NCBI GenBank assembly: GCA_040776905.1
Contig: JAXGZQ010000003.1
Coordinates: 3,382-67,381 of the forward strand
Length of the DNA stretch: 64,000 nucleotides
Reading direction: 5' to 3'
Source: Clostridia bacterium
Lineage (GTDB): Bacteria > Bacillota > Clostridia > Saccharofermentanales > UBA5734
Both the position numbers and the translations under genes were made by a program. Positions 7,615 through 17,934 of the stretch are shown here, one piece after another (position 1 is the first letter of the stretch; every line of letters starts with the position of its first letter). The notes beneath the pieces are model-generated. The model saw nothing but the letters and a program-made list of their open reading frames with translations. It did not search any database and was not told where the DNA came from.

Positions 7615-7827
7615 GTGAGCGATAAAAGCATTGAAAAATGGTCTACTTTAAAAGAAGTACAAGAGTATCTCGGTGTAGGCCGTGAGACCATTCTGCAGTG
7701 GATCGCCAAGAGAAATATGCCAGCATATAAGGTTGGACGGCTTTGGAAATTTAAACTGTCCGAAGTTGATGATTGGATACGCTCCGGTGGTGCTGCAGAT
7801 AGTTCCGACTCTACTGATACAGATTGA
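7615..7827 (+). CDS. Excisionase/MerR-type helix-turn-helix DNA-binding protein
   Basis: Track ORF 7600..7827. I prefer GTG 7615, 8 nt after GGAGG (7602-7606). WSTLKEVQEYLGVGRETILQWIAKRNMPAYKVGRLWKFKLSEVDDWI is the excisionase-family wHTH pattern. Confidence 0.7.
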   Translation: MSDKSIEKWSTLKEVQEYLGVGRETILQWIAKRNMPAYKVGRLWKFKLSEVDDWIRSGGAADSSDSTDTD

Positions 7828-7924
7828 GTCCGTTTTATAGGACATGTATTGAGATAGAATTATGATATGGCTATTTATAAACTTTCAGAAATAAAGACAA
7901 AAATAGAAAAGGTAGGTAAAGAAA

Positions 7925-9934
7925 ATGGACAATCAAACTCATAATTCGATAGTAAGTTTTATTTGGGGCATAGCAGATGACTGTCTGCGTGATGTATATG
8001 TTCGCGGTAAATACCGTGATGTAATTTTGCCGATGACGGTTATCCGCCGCTTGGATACCTTGTTGGAAGATACCAAGTCAGCAGTGCTCGAAATGAAAAA
8101 AATGATGGATACAGCCAAAATTGCAAACCAGTGGCCTGCACTTTGTAATGCTGCGGGGCAGTCTTTCTGTAATGCGTCTCCATTCCTTCTCCGCGATTTA
8201 ACCAGCCGCGCTAAGAAACAAACTTTAAAAGCAGATTTTGAAGCATATCTTGATGGTTTCTCGCCAAATGTGCAAGAGATTTTGGAAAAATTTAAATTTC
8301 GCAATCAAATCGATACAATGATTGATGCCGATATTCTTGGCGCGGTTATTGAAAAATTTGTATCATCAGATATCAATTTGAGTCCAAAACCTATTTATCG
8401 TGACGACACCATGACGGAGGTTAGGTTGCCTGCCCTGGATAACCATAGTATGGGTACAGTGTTTGAGGAGCTAGTGCGTCGATTTAATGAAGCCAATAAC
8501 GAGGAAGCTGGAGAACACTGGACTCCCCGTGATGTCGTCGAGCTTATGGCAGACCTTGTATTTGTTCCAATTGCCGATGATGTGAAGGATGCAACATACT
8601 CTTGCTATGATGGAGCTTGCGGCACAGGAGGCATGCTTACTGTCGCACAGGAGAGACTTCTTACATTGGCTGCAAGAAGAGGAAAAAAGGTTTCAATTCA
8701 CTTGTTTGGACAGGAAATAAATCCAGAAACTTATGCGATTGCCAAAGCCGATATGCTGTTGAAAGGTGATGGTGAACAGGCTGAACACATCGTGTACGGT
8801 TCAACATTGTCTCAAGACGGAAATGCTACACGACAATTTGATTTCATGCTTTCAAATCCGCCCTATGGGAAGAGTTGGAAAACGGATGCTGAAAAGATGG
8901 GCGGGAAAAAAGATATTCTTGATAGCCGTTTCAATGCTTACCTTGAAGGTGGAGAGCAGCTTATCATGATTCCCCGAACAAGTGATGGACAGCTCTTATT
9001 CCTGTTAAACAATGTAGCAAAAATGAAAAAGGATACTCTTATCGGTAGCCGTATTGCTGAAGTACACAATGCATCTTCTTTGTTTACTGGTGATGCTGGG
9101 AGTGGTGAAAGCAATGCAAGGCGTTATATGATTGAGAATGATCTAGTTGAGGCTATAATCGCACTGCCGGATAACATGTTTTACAATACGCCTCTGGGCA
9201 CATATATTTGGATTTTATCAAATAAAAAAGAGGAACGAAGAAGAGGTAAAATACAACTCATCGATGCAAGTTCAATGAAATCACCACTTAGGAAAAACAT
9301 GGGCAAAAAAAATTGTGAGCTTTCTGAAAGCATCAGATCAGAAATAATGAGGATTTTTCTGAGCATGGAAGAAAGCGAAGTAAGTCGAATTTTTCCGAAT
9401 GAAGAATTTGGCTTCTGGACTATTACGGTTGAGCGCCCTCTTCGATTACGCATATTTCCTGAAAGACAAATTCAAAATTCACTATTACTGAAGAAAGATG
9501 AGTACGCTCAATATAAAATTGCAATTGCATCCTTGCCGAGTGGCACACCACTTGACGATTGGACAAAATTTGCAAAAGCAACCGGACTGAAAGCAACTAT
9601 TCTAAAAAAGATCAGACCTTTCATAACGGAAAAAGATCCAACAGCAAAGCCAATAAAAGATGAAGCTGATCCTGAATTGAGAAGTACAGAAATGGTTCCT
9701 TTTACTTACAAAGGTGGCATCGCTAAATTTATTGAAAATGAAGTTTATCCTTATGCCCAGGATGTTTGGGTTGATGAAAAAGCGACTAAGATAGGATACG
9801 AGTTATCCTTCATTAAGTATTTCTATAGGCCTACAGAACTACGGGATATGGCGACTATTGTTTCTGAATTAAAGTCAATAGAAATGCAAACCGACGGAAT
9901 GCTACGAGACATTTTGGAGGGTTTGGAAGTATGA
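7925..9934 (+). CDS. hsdM: Type I restriction-modification methyltransferase subunit M (N6-adenine)
   Basis: 669 aa. The N-terminus is HsdM_N-like (IVSFIWGIADDCLRD). The SAM motif is YDGACGTGGML and the catalytic motif is LSNPPYGKSW. It overlaps hsdS by 4 nt. Confidence 0.9.
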   Translation: MDNQTHNSIVSFIWGIADDCLRDVYVRGKYRDVILPMTVIRRLDTLLEDTKSAVLEMKKMMDTAKIANQWPALCNAAGQSFCNASPFLLRDLTSRAKKQTLKADFEAYLDGFSPNVQEILEKFKFRNQIDTMIDADILGAVIEKFVSSDINLSPKPIYRDDTMTEVRLPALDNHSMGTVFEELVRRFNEANNEEAGEHWTPRDVVELMADLVFVPIADDVKDATYSCYDGACGTGGMLTVAQERLLTLAARRGKKVSIHLFGQEINPETYAIAKADMLLKGDGEQAEHIVYGSTLSQDGNATRQFDFMLSNPPYGKSWKTDAEKMGGKKDILDSRFNAYLEGGEQLIMIPRTSDGQLLFLLNNVAKMKKDTLIGSRIAEVHNASSLFTGDAGSGESNARRYMIENDLVEAIIALPDNMFYNTPLGTYIWILSNKKEERRRGKIQLIDASSMKSPLRKNMGKKNCELSESIRSEIMRIFLSMEESEVSRIFPNEEFGFWTITVERPLRLRIFPERQIQNSLLLKKDEYAQYKIAIASLPSGTPLDDWTKFAKATGLKATILKKIRPFITEKDPTAKPIKDEADPELRSTEMVPFTYKGGIAKFIENEVYPYAQDVWVDEKATKIGYELSFIKYFYRPTELRDMATIVSELKSIEMQTDGMLRDILEGLEV

Positions 9935-11343
9935 AAAAGTATGATCATTACTCGTATATTGGAGAAAAATGGGCTGCTTCAATTCCTTCTCACTGGGATG
10001 CAGCGAGGTTAAAACGAATTTTTCAGGAGCGAAAAGAACGCAATAATCCTGTGACTACAGATTTCATTCTTTCTCTTACGGCAAAACAAGGGGTTGTCCC
10101 TGTTGCTCAAAAAGAGGGTGCTGGTGGAAATAAACCGAAAGAGGATTTGACTTTATATAATATCGCACATGAAGGCGATCTTTTAGTTAATTGTATGAAT
10201 GTTGTTTCCGGAGCGGCTGGAGTATCCAGGTGGAGTGGTGCAATCAGTCCTGTTTATTATGCCCTTTTCCCGAGAGACGATTCCACCTGTAACGTCTGGT
10301 ATTTTCATAGAATATTTAGACTAATTACTTTTCAAAGAAGCCTCCTTGGATTAGGCAAAGGTATTCTTATGCGTGAATCAAGTACCGGTAAGTTAAACAC
10401 GGTGCGAATGAGAATATCTATGGATTATATGAACAATGTAGTATTGCCTATTCCACCGCGTTCAGAACAAGATCAGATAGTAAAATATCTTGAATGGCAG
10501 GTTTCCAAAATCAATAGTCTGATTTCTGCAAAAAAGAAACAAATAATGTTATTAAATGAGCATCTGCAACTCGCAATAAATAATGCTGTGACAAAAGGGA
10601 TAATACCAGATGCCCCCATGAAGGACAGTGGAGTCTTTTGGATGGGAGATATACCGTGTACTTGGAAGTCAATTAAGATCAAATGGCTGTTTGATGAGGA
10701 CAATACACGAAATTCAGATGGTGATGCTGAGTTGTTAACATTCAGTAGAAAAAGAGGGCTTATTCCTTTTTCTGAAGCTTCAGAAAAGCAACCAAGTGCA
10801 TCAGATCTGACAAAATATAGATTGGTACAACCCGGACAACTTTTAGAAAATAGAATGCAGGCATGGAGCGGAATGTTCATTTGTGTTACAAGGCCGGGGT
10901 GTGTTTCTCCCGACTATAGCGTCTTTAATGTTTCTAAAGATCGATATGTTAATGTTAAATTTTACGAATACGTTTTTCGAAATCCACTTCAAGTCGAGCA
11001 ATTTGCAAATGCTTCGAGAGGTGTAGGATCAGGATTTAATCGTTTATATACTCCAGCTTTTGGTTCGATTTTTACGGTTTATCCACCTAAGGATGAGCAG
11101 GATTCTATCGTTCAACACATAGATGCTATCAAGGATAAGTATAACTCTGTTATTGCAAGAACAGAAGATGAGATAGCTTGCTTACATGAAATGCGAGATA
11201 GACTCATATCTGATGTGGTATTCGGTCAAATTGACATACGAGATATTGAAGTGCCTGAATTTGAATATGTTGAAGAAATAGATGATGATTTTGAGGATGA
11301 TACGGAAGAACAAGAGGCCGATTCTGGAAGCGAGGTGGAATAG
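9931..11343 (+). CDS. hsdS: Type I restriction-modification specificity subunit S
   Basis: 470 aa. There are two variable target-recognition halves, each followed by a conserved helical region (PPRSEQDQIVKYLEWQVSKINSLI and PPKDEQDSIVQHIDAIKDKYNSVI), and an acidic tail. Confidence 0.9.
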   Translation: MKKYDHYSYIGEKWAASIPSHWDAARLKRIFQERKERNNPVTTDFILSLTAKQGVVPVAQKEGAGGNKPKEDLTLYNIAHEGDLLVNCMNVVSGAAGVSRWSGAISPVYYALFPRDDSTCNVWYFHRIFRLITFQRSLLGLGKGILMRESSTGKLNTVRMRISMDYMNNVVLPIPPRSEQDQIVKYLEWQVSKINSLISAKKKQIMLLNEHLQLAINNAVTKGIIPDAPMKDSGVFWMGDIPCTWKSIKIKWLFDEDNTRNSDGDAELLTFSRKRGLIPFSEASEKQPSASDLTKYRLVQPGQLLENRMQAWSGMFICVTRPGCVSPDYSVFNVSKDRYVNVKFYEYVFRNPLQVEQFANASRGVGSGFNRLYTPAFGSIFTVYPPKDEQDSIVQHIDAIKDKYNSVIARTEDEIACLHEMRDRLISDVVFGQIDIRDIEVPEFEYVEEIDDDFEDDTEEQEADSGSEVE

Positions 11344-11346
11344 CAA

Positions 11347-14313
11347 ATGTCATTTACTAACACAAAGGAAAGCGGCCTTGAGGCTCTTATTGTTAAATGG
11401 TTTATTGAACAGAACGGTTATGAGCAGGGCTCCAATACCGACTACAACCGAGAGTATGCTATTGACGAGACTAGACTCTTTCGCTTTCTGCAGGATACGC
11501 AACCAGATGCGTTTGAAAAACTAGGCGTACTTAAAAGCGATATTAAGAGAACGCAGTTTTTAAACCGTTTGCAGGGTGAGTTGGCAAAACGCGGAATTAT
11601 TGATGTGCTACGCAACGGAGTAAAGATATATCCAGCCGATCTTATAATGTTCTACCTGACTCCAACTGAGAACAACGCCAAAGCAAAGGTAATGTATAAG
11701 AAGAACATCTTTAGTGTGACACGTCAGCTCCAATATTCGCTGGACGTCTCCCGGCTGGCTCTGGATATGTGTATTTTTATCAACGGCTTGCCCGTAATCA
11801 CCTTTGAACTTAAAAATCAACTCACAAAACAAACGGTAGATGATGCCGTAGCGCAATATAAGTCAGATCGTGATCCACGTGAGCTTTTGTTCCAGTTCAA
11901 GCGTTGCATGGTTCACTTTGCTCTAGACGATACCCGTGTGAAATTTTGCACTAGGCTTTCTGGTAAAGACAGTTGGTTTCTTCCCTTTGATAAAGGATAC
12001 AAAGATGGCGCAGGCAATCCTCCCAATCCAGATGGAATAATGACGGATTATTTATGGAAGGATATTCTAACCAAAAACAAAATTAGTCGTATCATTGAAA
12101 ACTACGCACAAGTTGTCGAGGAAATTGACCCGGAGACTAAGAAAAAAACTGTTAAGCAGATTTTCCCTCGCTATCATCAGTTGGACTGCGTTGAGAAGTT
12201 GCTGGCAGATGTCAAAAATAACGGGATGGGTAAGCGTTACCTGGTTCAACACAGTGCCGGAAGTGGTAAGTCAAATTCTATCGCCTGGCTTGCGCACCAG
12301 TTGATTGGCCTTGAGCAAAATGGACGCCCTCTTCTTGATTCCGTGCTGGTAGTTACTGACCGCCGTATTCTTGACAAGCAGATCAGAGATACCATTAAAC
12401 AGTTTATGCAAGTTCAAAACATTGTTGCGTGGGCTGAACATTCTGGTGATTTACGGAAAGCTATCACAGACGGCAAGCGTATAATCGTCACCACCATCGA
12501 GAAGTTCCCTTATGTTTTACCCGATATTGGTGCAGAGTATAAGGATAAGCGTTTCGCTCTTTTAATTGATGAGGCACACTCCGGTCAGAGCGGACGCAAT
12601 TCTGCTCAGATGAACTTGGCTCTTTCTGGCCTTGCCTCTGATGACGAGATGGACAACGAAGATAAAATCAATGCCATGATGGAAGGGCGTAAGCTGCTTA
12701 CCAATGCCAGTTATTTCGCGTTCACTGCAACACCAAAAAATAAGACATTAGAGACGTTTGGAACCATGTTTAAAGACGGTGGCGACACAAAGCACCGCCC
12801 ATTCCATGTATATACTATGAAACAGGCCATTCAAGAGGGTTTCATTCTTGATGTGCTGAAATACTATACGCCCATCGACAGCTACTACAAACTGTTGAAG
12901 ACTGTCGAGGACGACCCAATGTTCGATAAGAAGCGCGCCCAAAAGAAATTGCGTTCCTTTGTTGAAAGCAACAGCCATACTATTGCTCATAAGGCAGAAA
13001 TGATGGTTGATCACTTTCATGAACAGGTCATTGCCAAAGGCAAAATTGGCGGGAAAGCTCGCGCAATGGTGGTCACTGCAAGTATTCCCCGCTGTGTTGA
13101 ATATTATCATGCTATCAATAAATGTCTTGCCGCGCGACACAGCCCCTACAAGGCGATCGTGGCATACTCCGGAGAGCATATGTATCAGGGGCAGGAGCCA
13201 GCGCTTACTTCAGCTGCACTTAACGAATTCCCAGATGCAACTATTCCAAAAACGCTGAAAACTGAACCGTATCGCATTTTAATTGTTGCAGATATGTTTC
13301 AGACGGGTTTTGACGAACCGTTGCTTCACACCATGTACGTAGATAAGATGCTTAATAATATAAAGGCGGTGCAGACACTCTCACGCCTCAATCGTGCATG
13401 TCCTAAAAAACATGATACCTTTGTGCTAGATTTTGCAAACAAAGCATCCGTCATCGAGGAGTCATTCTCCCGGTATTACCGCACAACTATTCTATCTGGC
13501 GAGACTGATCCAAACAAACTCTATGACTTAATCGCTGTCATGGATAGTTATCAGGTGTATTCCTCAGATCATGTGGAACTTCTCGTAAATCTATATTTGG
13601 ATGGAGCAGATCGTGATAGGCTTGACCCGATTCTAGATGCTTGCACAGCAGTCTACAATGAATTGGAAACCGATGATCAGATAAAATTCAAAAGCGCAGC
13701 AAAGTCCTTTGTGCGTACTTATGGTTTCCTCGGAGCGATTCTCCCTTATGGTAACGCCGATTGGGAGCGCTTGTCTATCTTCCTAAACCTACTCATTCCG
13801 AAGCTTCCGTCACCACGTGAAGATGATCTATCACAGGGCATCTTGCAAGCTATCGATTTGGATAGCTATCGTCTAGAAGCACAGGAAGCTATGTCTATCA
13901 AACTTGAAGACGAGGATGCTGAAGTACCTCCAGTTCCTGCGGGTAAAATTGGCCACATTGTTGATCCGGAGATGGATTTGCTGTCATTAATCCTATCAAA
14001 TTTCAATGATATGTTTGGCAATATTAACTGGAATGACGCTGATAACGTCCGACGCCAGATCCTTGAAATACCAGACATGGTGGCGAAGGATGAAAAGTAC
14101 AAAAATGCCATGAAAAATTCTGATGCACAAAATGCTCGCATGGAAAGTGAGCGTGCTTTGCAACAGGTTATCTTCTCTATCATGGCAGATAATATGGAGC
14201 TATTTAAGCAGTTCCAAGACAACCCGTCCTTCAAAAAATGGTTGTCAGATATGGTATTTAACCTGACTTACAATCCAGATGAGAAATCGAAACCGATGCC
14301 AAGAAAAGAATAG
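11347..14313 (+). CDS. hsdR: Type I restriction endonuclease subunit R
   Basis: 988 aa. The N-terminal PD-(D/E)XK reads LDMCIFINGLPVITFELKN. Helicase motif I is QHSAGSGKSNS and motif II is LLIDEAHSGQSG. It starts 3 nt after the hsdS stop. Confidence 0.9.
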   Translation: MSFTNTKESGLEALIVKWFIEQNGYEQGSNTDYNREYAIDETRLFRFLQDTQPDAFEKLGVLKSDIKRTQFLNRLQGELAKRGIIDVLRNGVKIYPADLIMFYLTPTENNAKAKVMYKKNIFSVTRQLQYSLDVSRLALDMCIFINGLPVITFELKNQLTKQTVDDAVAQYKSDRDPRELLFQFKRCMVHFALDDTRVKFCTRLSGKDSWFLPFDKGYKDGAGNPPNPDGIMTDYLWKDILTKNKISRIIENYAQVVEEIDPETKKKTVKQIFPRYHQLDCVEKLLADVKNNGMGKRYLVQHSAGSGKSNSIAWLAHQLIGLEQNGRPLLDSVLVVTDRRILDKQIRDTIKQFMQVQNIVAWAEHSGDLRKAITDGKRIIVTTIEKFPYVLPDIGAEYKDKRFALLIDEAHSGQSGRNSAQMNLALSGLASDDEMDNEDKINAMMEGRKLLTNASYFAFTATPKNKTLETFGTMFKDGGDTKHRPFHVYTMKQAIQEGFILDVLKYYTPIDSYYKLLKTVEDDPMFDKKRAQKKLRSFVESNSHTIAHKAEMMVDHFHEQVIAKGKIGGKARAMVVTASIPRCVEYYHAINKCLAARHSPYKAIVAYSGEHMYQGQEPALTSAALNEFPDATIPKTLKTEPYRILIVADMFQTGFDEPLLHTMYVDKMLNNIKAVQTLSRLNRACPKKHDTFVLDFANKASVIEESFSRYYRTTILSGETDPNKLYDLIAVMDSYQVYSSDHVELLVNLYLDGADRDRLDPILDACTAVYNELETDDQIKFKSAAKSFVRTYGFLGAILPYGNADWERLSIFLNLLIPKLPSPREDDLSQGILQAIDLDSYRLEAQEAMSIKLEDEDAEVPPVPAGKIGHIVDPEMDLLSLILSNFNDMFGNINWNDADNVRRQILEIPDMVAKDEKYKNAMKNSDAQNARMESERALQQVIFSIMADNMELFKQFQDNPSFKKWLSDMVFNLTYNPDEKSKPMPRKE

Positions 14314-14334
14314 TGATTTTGCGGGAGGAAAAAC

Positions 14335-15261
14335 ATGAGTGGAGCGTTAGCTAAAACAATAAAAAAGAAGAGCACAGATGGCATTTTTGTTGAGGTTCTG
14401 CATACCGAGAACCTCGGCTTATGCATGCCAGAACAACTGCGACTTTTCCATTTGGCTCTGCGCAACAACAAATTTTACTCCGGCGATTTGGAAACCATGT
14501 TGTATCGCAATATTGGTCGCTATGTTTTTTCCCGTGCAAAACTTGAAGATTTTAGGCTCGAGGACGACTTAGATTCAGTAACTGCGCAGGCTTTGAGGAT
14601 TATGCGCGAAAACGGAGCAGCAGATACAAAGGGTTGTGGTAATGAACTCGGCGAAATGCTTGTATATACTTTTTTGGAGGACATGCTTGGCGCTCCAAAG
14701 CTAATGAGTAGAGTGGAGCTTTCGACTGAATTATCACAGTTTGGCAGTGCGTGTGAAAGCATACATCTATTTGCTCCAGGATCTGAGCAACGTTGTCAGA
14801 TGGTGTTTGGTGCATCTAATGTTATAGGTGAAATTAAGGATGCTATTGACCGATCATTTGAAAGTATCCTCCGCATTGAACAGCATGAAGCTCGTGAAAT
14901 AAAAATGGTCGAGAAGACAATTCTCGACCGCGCGTTTGACCCAGATGAAATTGAGCTGATCAAAGACCTTATCTTGCCGTCTCAGGGTAAAACTCCAAGC
15001 TATAACACTGCCTATGGTGTTTTCCTTGGCTATTCTATCGGTTTGTCTTCTGAGGGGCGCACTTCAGAAGAATACGAGAACATAGTAATGCAAAAAATGG
15101 CTTATGATATAAAACAGCATGCAGAGTACATTGCAGAAAAAATCCGCACGAGCAGCCTTGGATCACACTCATTCTATTTTTACATCCTGCCCTTTGATGA
15201 TGCCGAAAGCGAGAAAAAGGCCATCATGGAGAACGTCATGAAGGGGGATGTTATTTTATGA
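14335..15261 (+). CDS. hamA: DUF1837-like putative nuclease, candidate Hachiman HamA
   Basis: 308 aa. GNELGEMLVYTFLEDMLGAPKLMSRVEL (102-129), ESIHLF (141-146) and G-E-I-K (165-168) resemble the HamA/DUF1837 PD-(D/E)XK-like core as I remember it. GGGAGG precedes the ATG. It overlaps the downstream helicase gene by 4 nt. Confidence 0.55.
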   Translation: MSGALAKTIKKKSTDGIFVEVLHTENLGLCMPEQLRLFHLALRNNKFYSGDLETMLYRNIGRYVFSRAKLEDFRLEDDLDSVTAQALRIMRENGAADTKGCGNELGEMLVYTFLEDMLGAPKLMSRVELSTELSQFGSACESIHLFAPGSEQRCQMVFGASNVIGEIKDAIDRSFESILRIEQHEAREIKMVEKTILDRAFDPDEIELIKDLILPSQGKTPSYNTAYGVFLGYSIGLSSEGRTSEEYENIVMQKMAYDIKQHAEYIAEKIRTSSLGSHSFYFYILPFDDAESEKKAIMENVMKGDVIL

Positions 15262-17921
15262 GCGATGCAAAAAGGATTAATCTTGGGGATGCTATATTTG
15301 GTAATATTGAACACAATCCATTTCTGAATGAACTATATGATAACATACTCTATAATTACGCACTGCAGAAATTTGAGCTGACAACAAAAAGGCAGTCCAG
15401 AGAGGTTGATATTACTTCAGCACTAAGATTTGCCGATTTGCTTTCTAAATCGACGTGTTCCGAAAACAAAGATAATCACAAAATGTGGGCGCAGGAAATA
15501 GTAATACTGCTACATGAACTATATCCCGACAACGAAGATGTTAATATGGTTGCCGGATCAGTCCTTTCCTACACAGGGAATCATCAGGGGCAAAAAATAA
15601 TTAAGAGCAATTATCAAGCTCCTTCTGCACTTGAAAGAGTATTTTCGGAATTTCAGAGTCATTATCTTACAATACCCGCTGAGCCAGACTTGCGTTTTTT
15701 TGGTGCGCAGAAGAATGCGTATGATCACTTAAACGACCCATATTTCAGCTATTCTGGTCCGACTTCTATGGGCAAATCCTTCATCATGCGAATGTTTATA
15801 AAGGAGCAAATTAGGCAAGGTGTAAAGAAGAATTTTGCATTAATTGTTCCGACAAAAGCACTGATAAATGAAAATCGAAGTCAAATTATTAATGATCTAA
15901 AAGAATACTTACAGCAACAAAATTATCGCGTAATTACTGCTGCTGGAGACTTAGCCCTTGAAGGACAGCATAATTTTATTCTAGTTCTTACACCGGAAAG
16001 ATTGTTGTATCTACTTATCAGCAAGCCAAATTTGCAGATTGATTACCTATTCATCGATGAAGCGCATAAACTGTCCGGGAAAAATAGCAGAGGTCCTTTT
16101 TATTATAAAGTTGTCGATATGCTACTAAAGCGACCTCAGAAGCCTCATATTATTTTTGCCTCACCCAATATCCCTAACCCAGAGATTTATCTGAGACTAC
16201 TTTCAGAAGAGACTAATGCAGATAATAGGCTCAGGTCGACATTTTCACCTGTGGCACAAATCAAGTTTTTAATTGACTTAAACAGCCATACTATCAGCTC
16301 ATACAATGATTATGCCGAGGAAATGGTTCACTTATCGACCATTCAGAAATCTGATGCCACTTTAATTGATTTTCTCAGAATGTTCGAATCTGTTAATATA
16401 AAGAAATCACCTGAAAATCGCCAGCAGACTATTGTATATTGCAATGGTAAAAACAAAGCGATTGATTTTGCGCGTGAATTCTCCAATTTGCTTCCAGAAA
16501 AGGGTGATAAGGACCTTGAAGATTTATCACGAGATATCCGCAACGAGGTTCACGGCGAGTATTATTTAACCGAAATAATAAAAAAGGGCGTTGCCTACCA
16601 CATCGGGTACTTACCTTCGTCCATACGAATGCGAATTGAAGACTTGTTCCGAAAGGGCAAGATAACAATCATGTTCTGTACTAGTACCCTTTTGGAAGGG
16701 GTAAATCTGCCTGCAGATAATCTATTTATAACCGATTTTAAGATTAATCGTTCGATGATGACGCCCGTAGATTTCAGAAATTTGATAGGTCGTGTTGGAC
16801 GTATACGGTTCAACTTATACGGTAATGTTTTTTTAGTTGCCCAAGGAGATAAAATCACAGAGCAGGGCTATGTCGAACTACTGCAAGCACCGGTCCCGGA
16901 TCAAAAATTGTCTATTGAATCTGGAAAAACTGGCTTGCAGGAGGTTGAGAAAAAATACATAGTATCCAAGTTGCTCGCCGGGGATATTGAAATCGAAAAA
17001 CGTAATACCAACCAATCAGAAGAAGCACATACAATGATGCGAAAATTTGCGCTTATTTTGCTCAGAGATATTTTGGAGAACAGAAACAGTTTGGTGAGAC
17101 GTGAGTTTTCAACATTATTGAATGAGGTGGACGAAAATAAAATTAGGGAGAATTTTCAAGAATCTGCTTCTCTGCTTGATGATGATATAAATATATCTGT
17201 TGACCAAGCACAAAACTTATCTGCAGCCATTTCATTCGGACTTAAGTATCCGGAACGTGTGGAGGGGCATTTTGTATATGATGATGTGCTGGCCTTCCTT
17301 GAAAAGCTATGCAGGATTTTCAAATGGGAGAAGTATGAATATACATCTCTTGGCAAAGTTAGCGAAAATGGTCAGCGTGCATTGCTTCGTTGGTATGCTG
17401 TAATCCTTATCCAGTGGATGGAAGGTACCGGCTTGAGCAGTATTATGAAAAAGGCTATTGAATATAGAGAAGCACATCCTAATAATTTCTGGATAAACAA
17501 GCACGAGAAAACACGATACACTGGTTCAGCAGAGCATAAGAATGTCGTCTTTGCGGATACCTTAGAAGTAATTGAAAATACCATACTTTTTAGTATTTCT
17601 AATTATTTCCTTCGCTTTTCAAATGAATATAAGCGCATTCACCAACTTACGGAGTTCGAAAATAATTGGTATGAATTTGTTGAATATGGAACGACAAACC
17701 CTCTAACGATCCTGCTGCAAAGAAATGGTTTTTCGCGTGAAGTTTCGACTTATATTAAGTCCCATCAGTCTGATTTTGTCGTAACTACATCAGCGGGAGA
17801 ACTTCGATTAAGTCGATCGTTGCTTTCTTGCAGCAATATCAATGCTTGTAATGAGGCTCGGGACATTCAATATAACATGCCTGATTTATTTGTAGCAGAT
17901 GGATGCGATGTAGAAATATAG
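15258..17921 (+). CDS. hamB: Ski2-like DEAH-box superfamily 2 helicase, candidate Hachiman HamB
   Basis: 887 aa. Motif I is SGPTSMGKS (166-174), motif II is FIDEAHKL (265-272), motif V is TSTLLEGVNLPA (475-486) and motif VI is GRVGR (511-515). The C-terminal ~350 aa are unassigned. It is translationally coupled to the DUF1837-like gene. Confidence 0.65.
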   Translation: MSDAKRINLGDAIFGNIEHNPFLNELYDNILYNYALQKFELTTKRQSREVDITSALRFADLLSKSTCSENKDNHKMWAQEIVILLHELYPDNEDVNMVAGSVLSYTGNHQGQKIIKSNYQAPSALERVFSEFQSHYLTIPAEPDLRFFGAQKNAYDHLNDPYFSYSGPTSMGKSFIMRMFIKEQIRQGVKKNFALIVPTKALINENRSQIINDLKEYLQQQNYRVITAAGDLALEGQHNFILVLTPERLLYLLISKPNLQIDYLFIDEAHKLSGKNSRGPFYYKVVDMLLKRPQKPHIIFASPNIPNPEIYLRLLSEETNADNRLRSTFSPVAQIKFLIDLNSHTISSYNDYAEEMVHLSTIQKSDATLIDFLRMFESVNIKKSPENRQQTIVYCNGKNKAIDFAREFSNLLPEKGDKDLEDLSRDIRNEVHGEYYLTEIIKKGVAYHIGYLPSSIRMRIEDLFRKGKITIMFCTSTLLEGVNLPADNLFITDFKINRSMMTPVDFRNLIGRVGRIRFNLYGNVFLVAQGDKITEQGYVELLQAPVPDQKLSIESGKTGLQEVEKKYIVSKLLAGDIEIEKRNTNQSEEAHTMMRKFALILLRDILENRNSLVRREFSTLLNEVDENKIRENFQESASLLDDDINISVDQAQNLSAAISFGLKYPERVEGHFVYDDVLAFLEKLCRIFKWEKYEYTSLGKVSENGQRALLRWYAVILIQWMEGTGLSSIMKKAIEYREAHPNNFWINKHEKTRYTGSAEHKNVVFADTLEVIENTILFSISNYFLRFSNEYKRIHQLTEFENNWYEFVEYGTTNPLTILLQRNGFSREVSTYIKSHQSDFVVTTSAGELRLSRSLLSCSNINACNEARDIQYNMPDLFVADGCDVEI

Positions 17922-17934
17922 GAGGATGAAGACG

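Noticed and set aside
9931-11343. Phase-variable hsdS (shufflon) possibility
   Set aside because: There is only one hsdS gene, with no partial hsdS copies, long inverted repeats or nearby recombinase.
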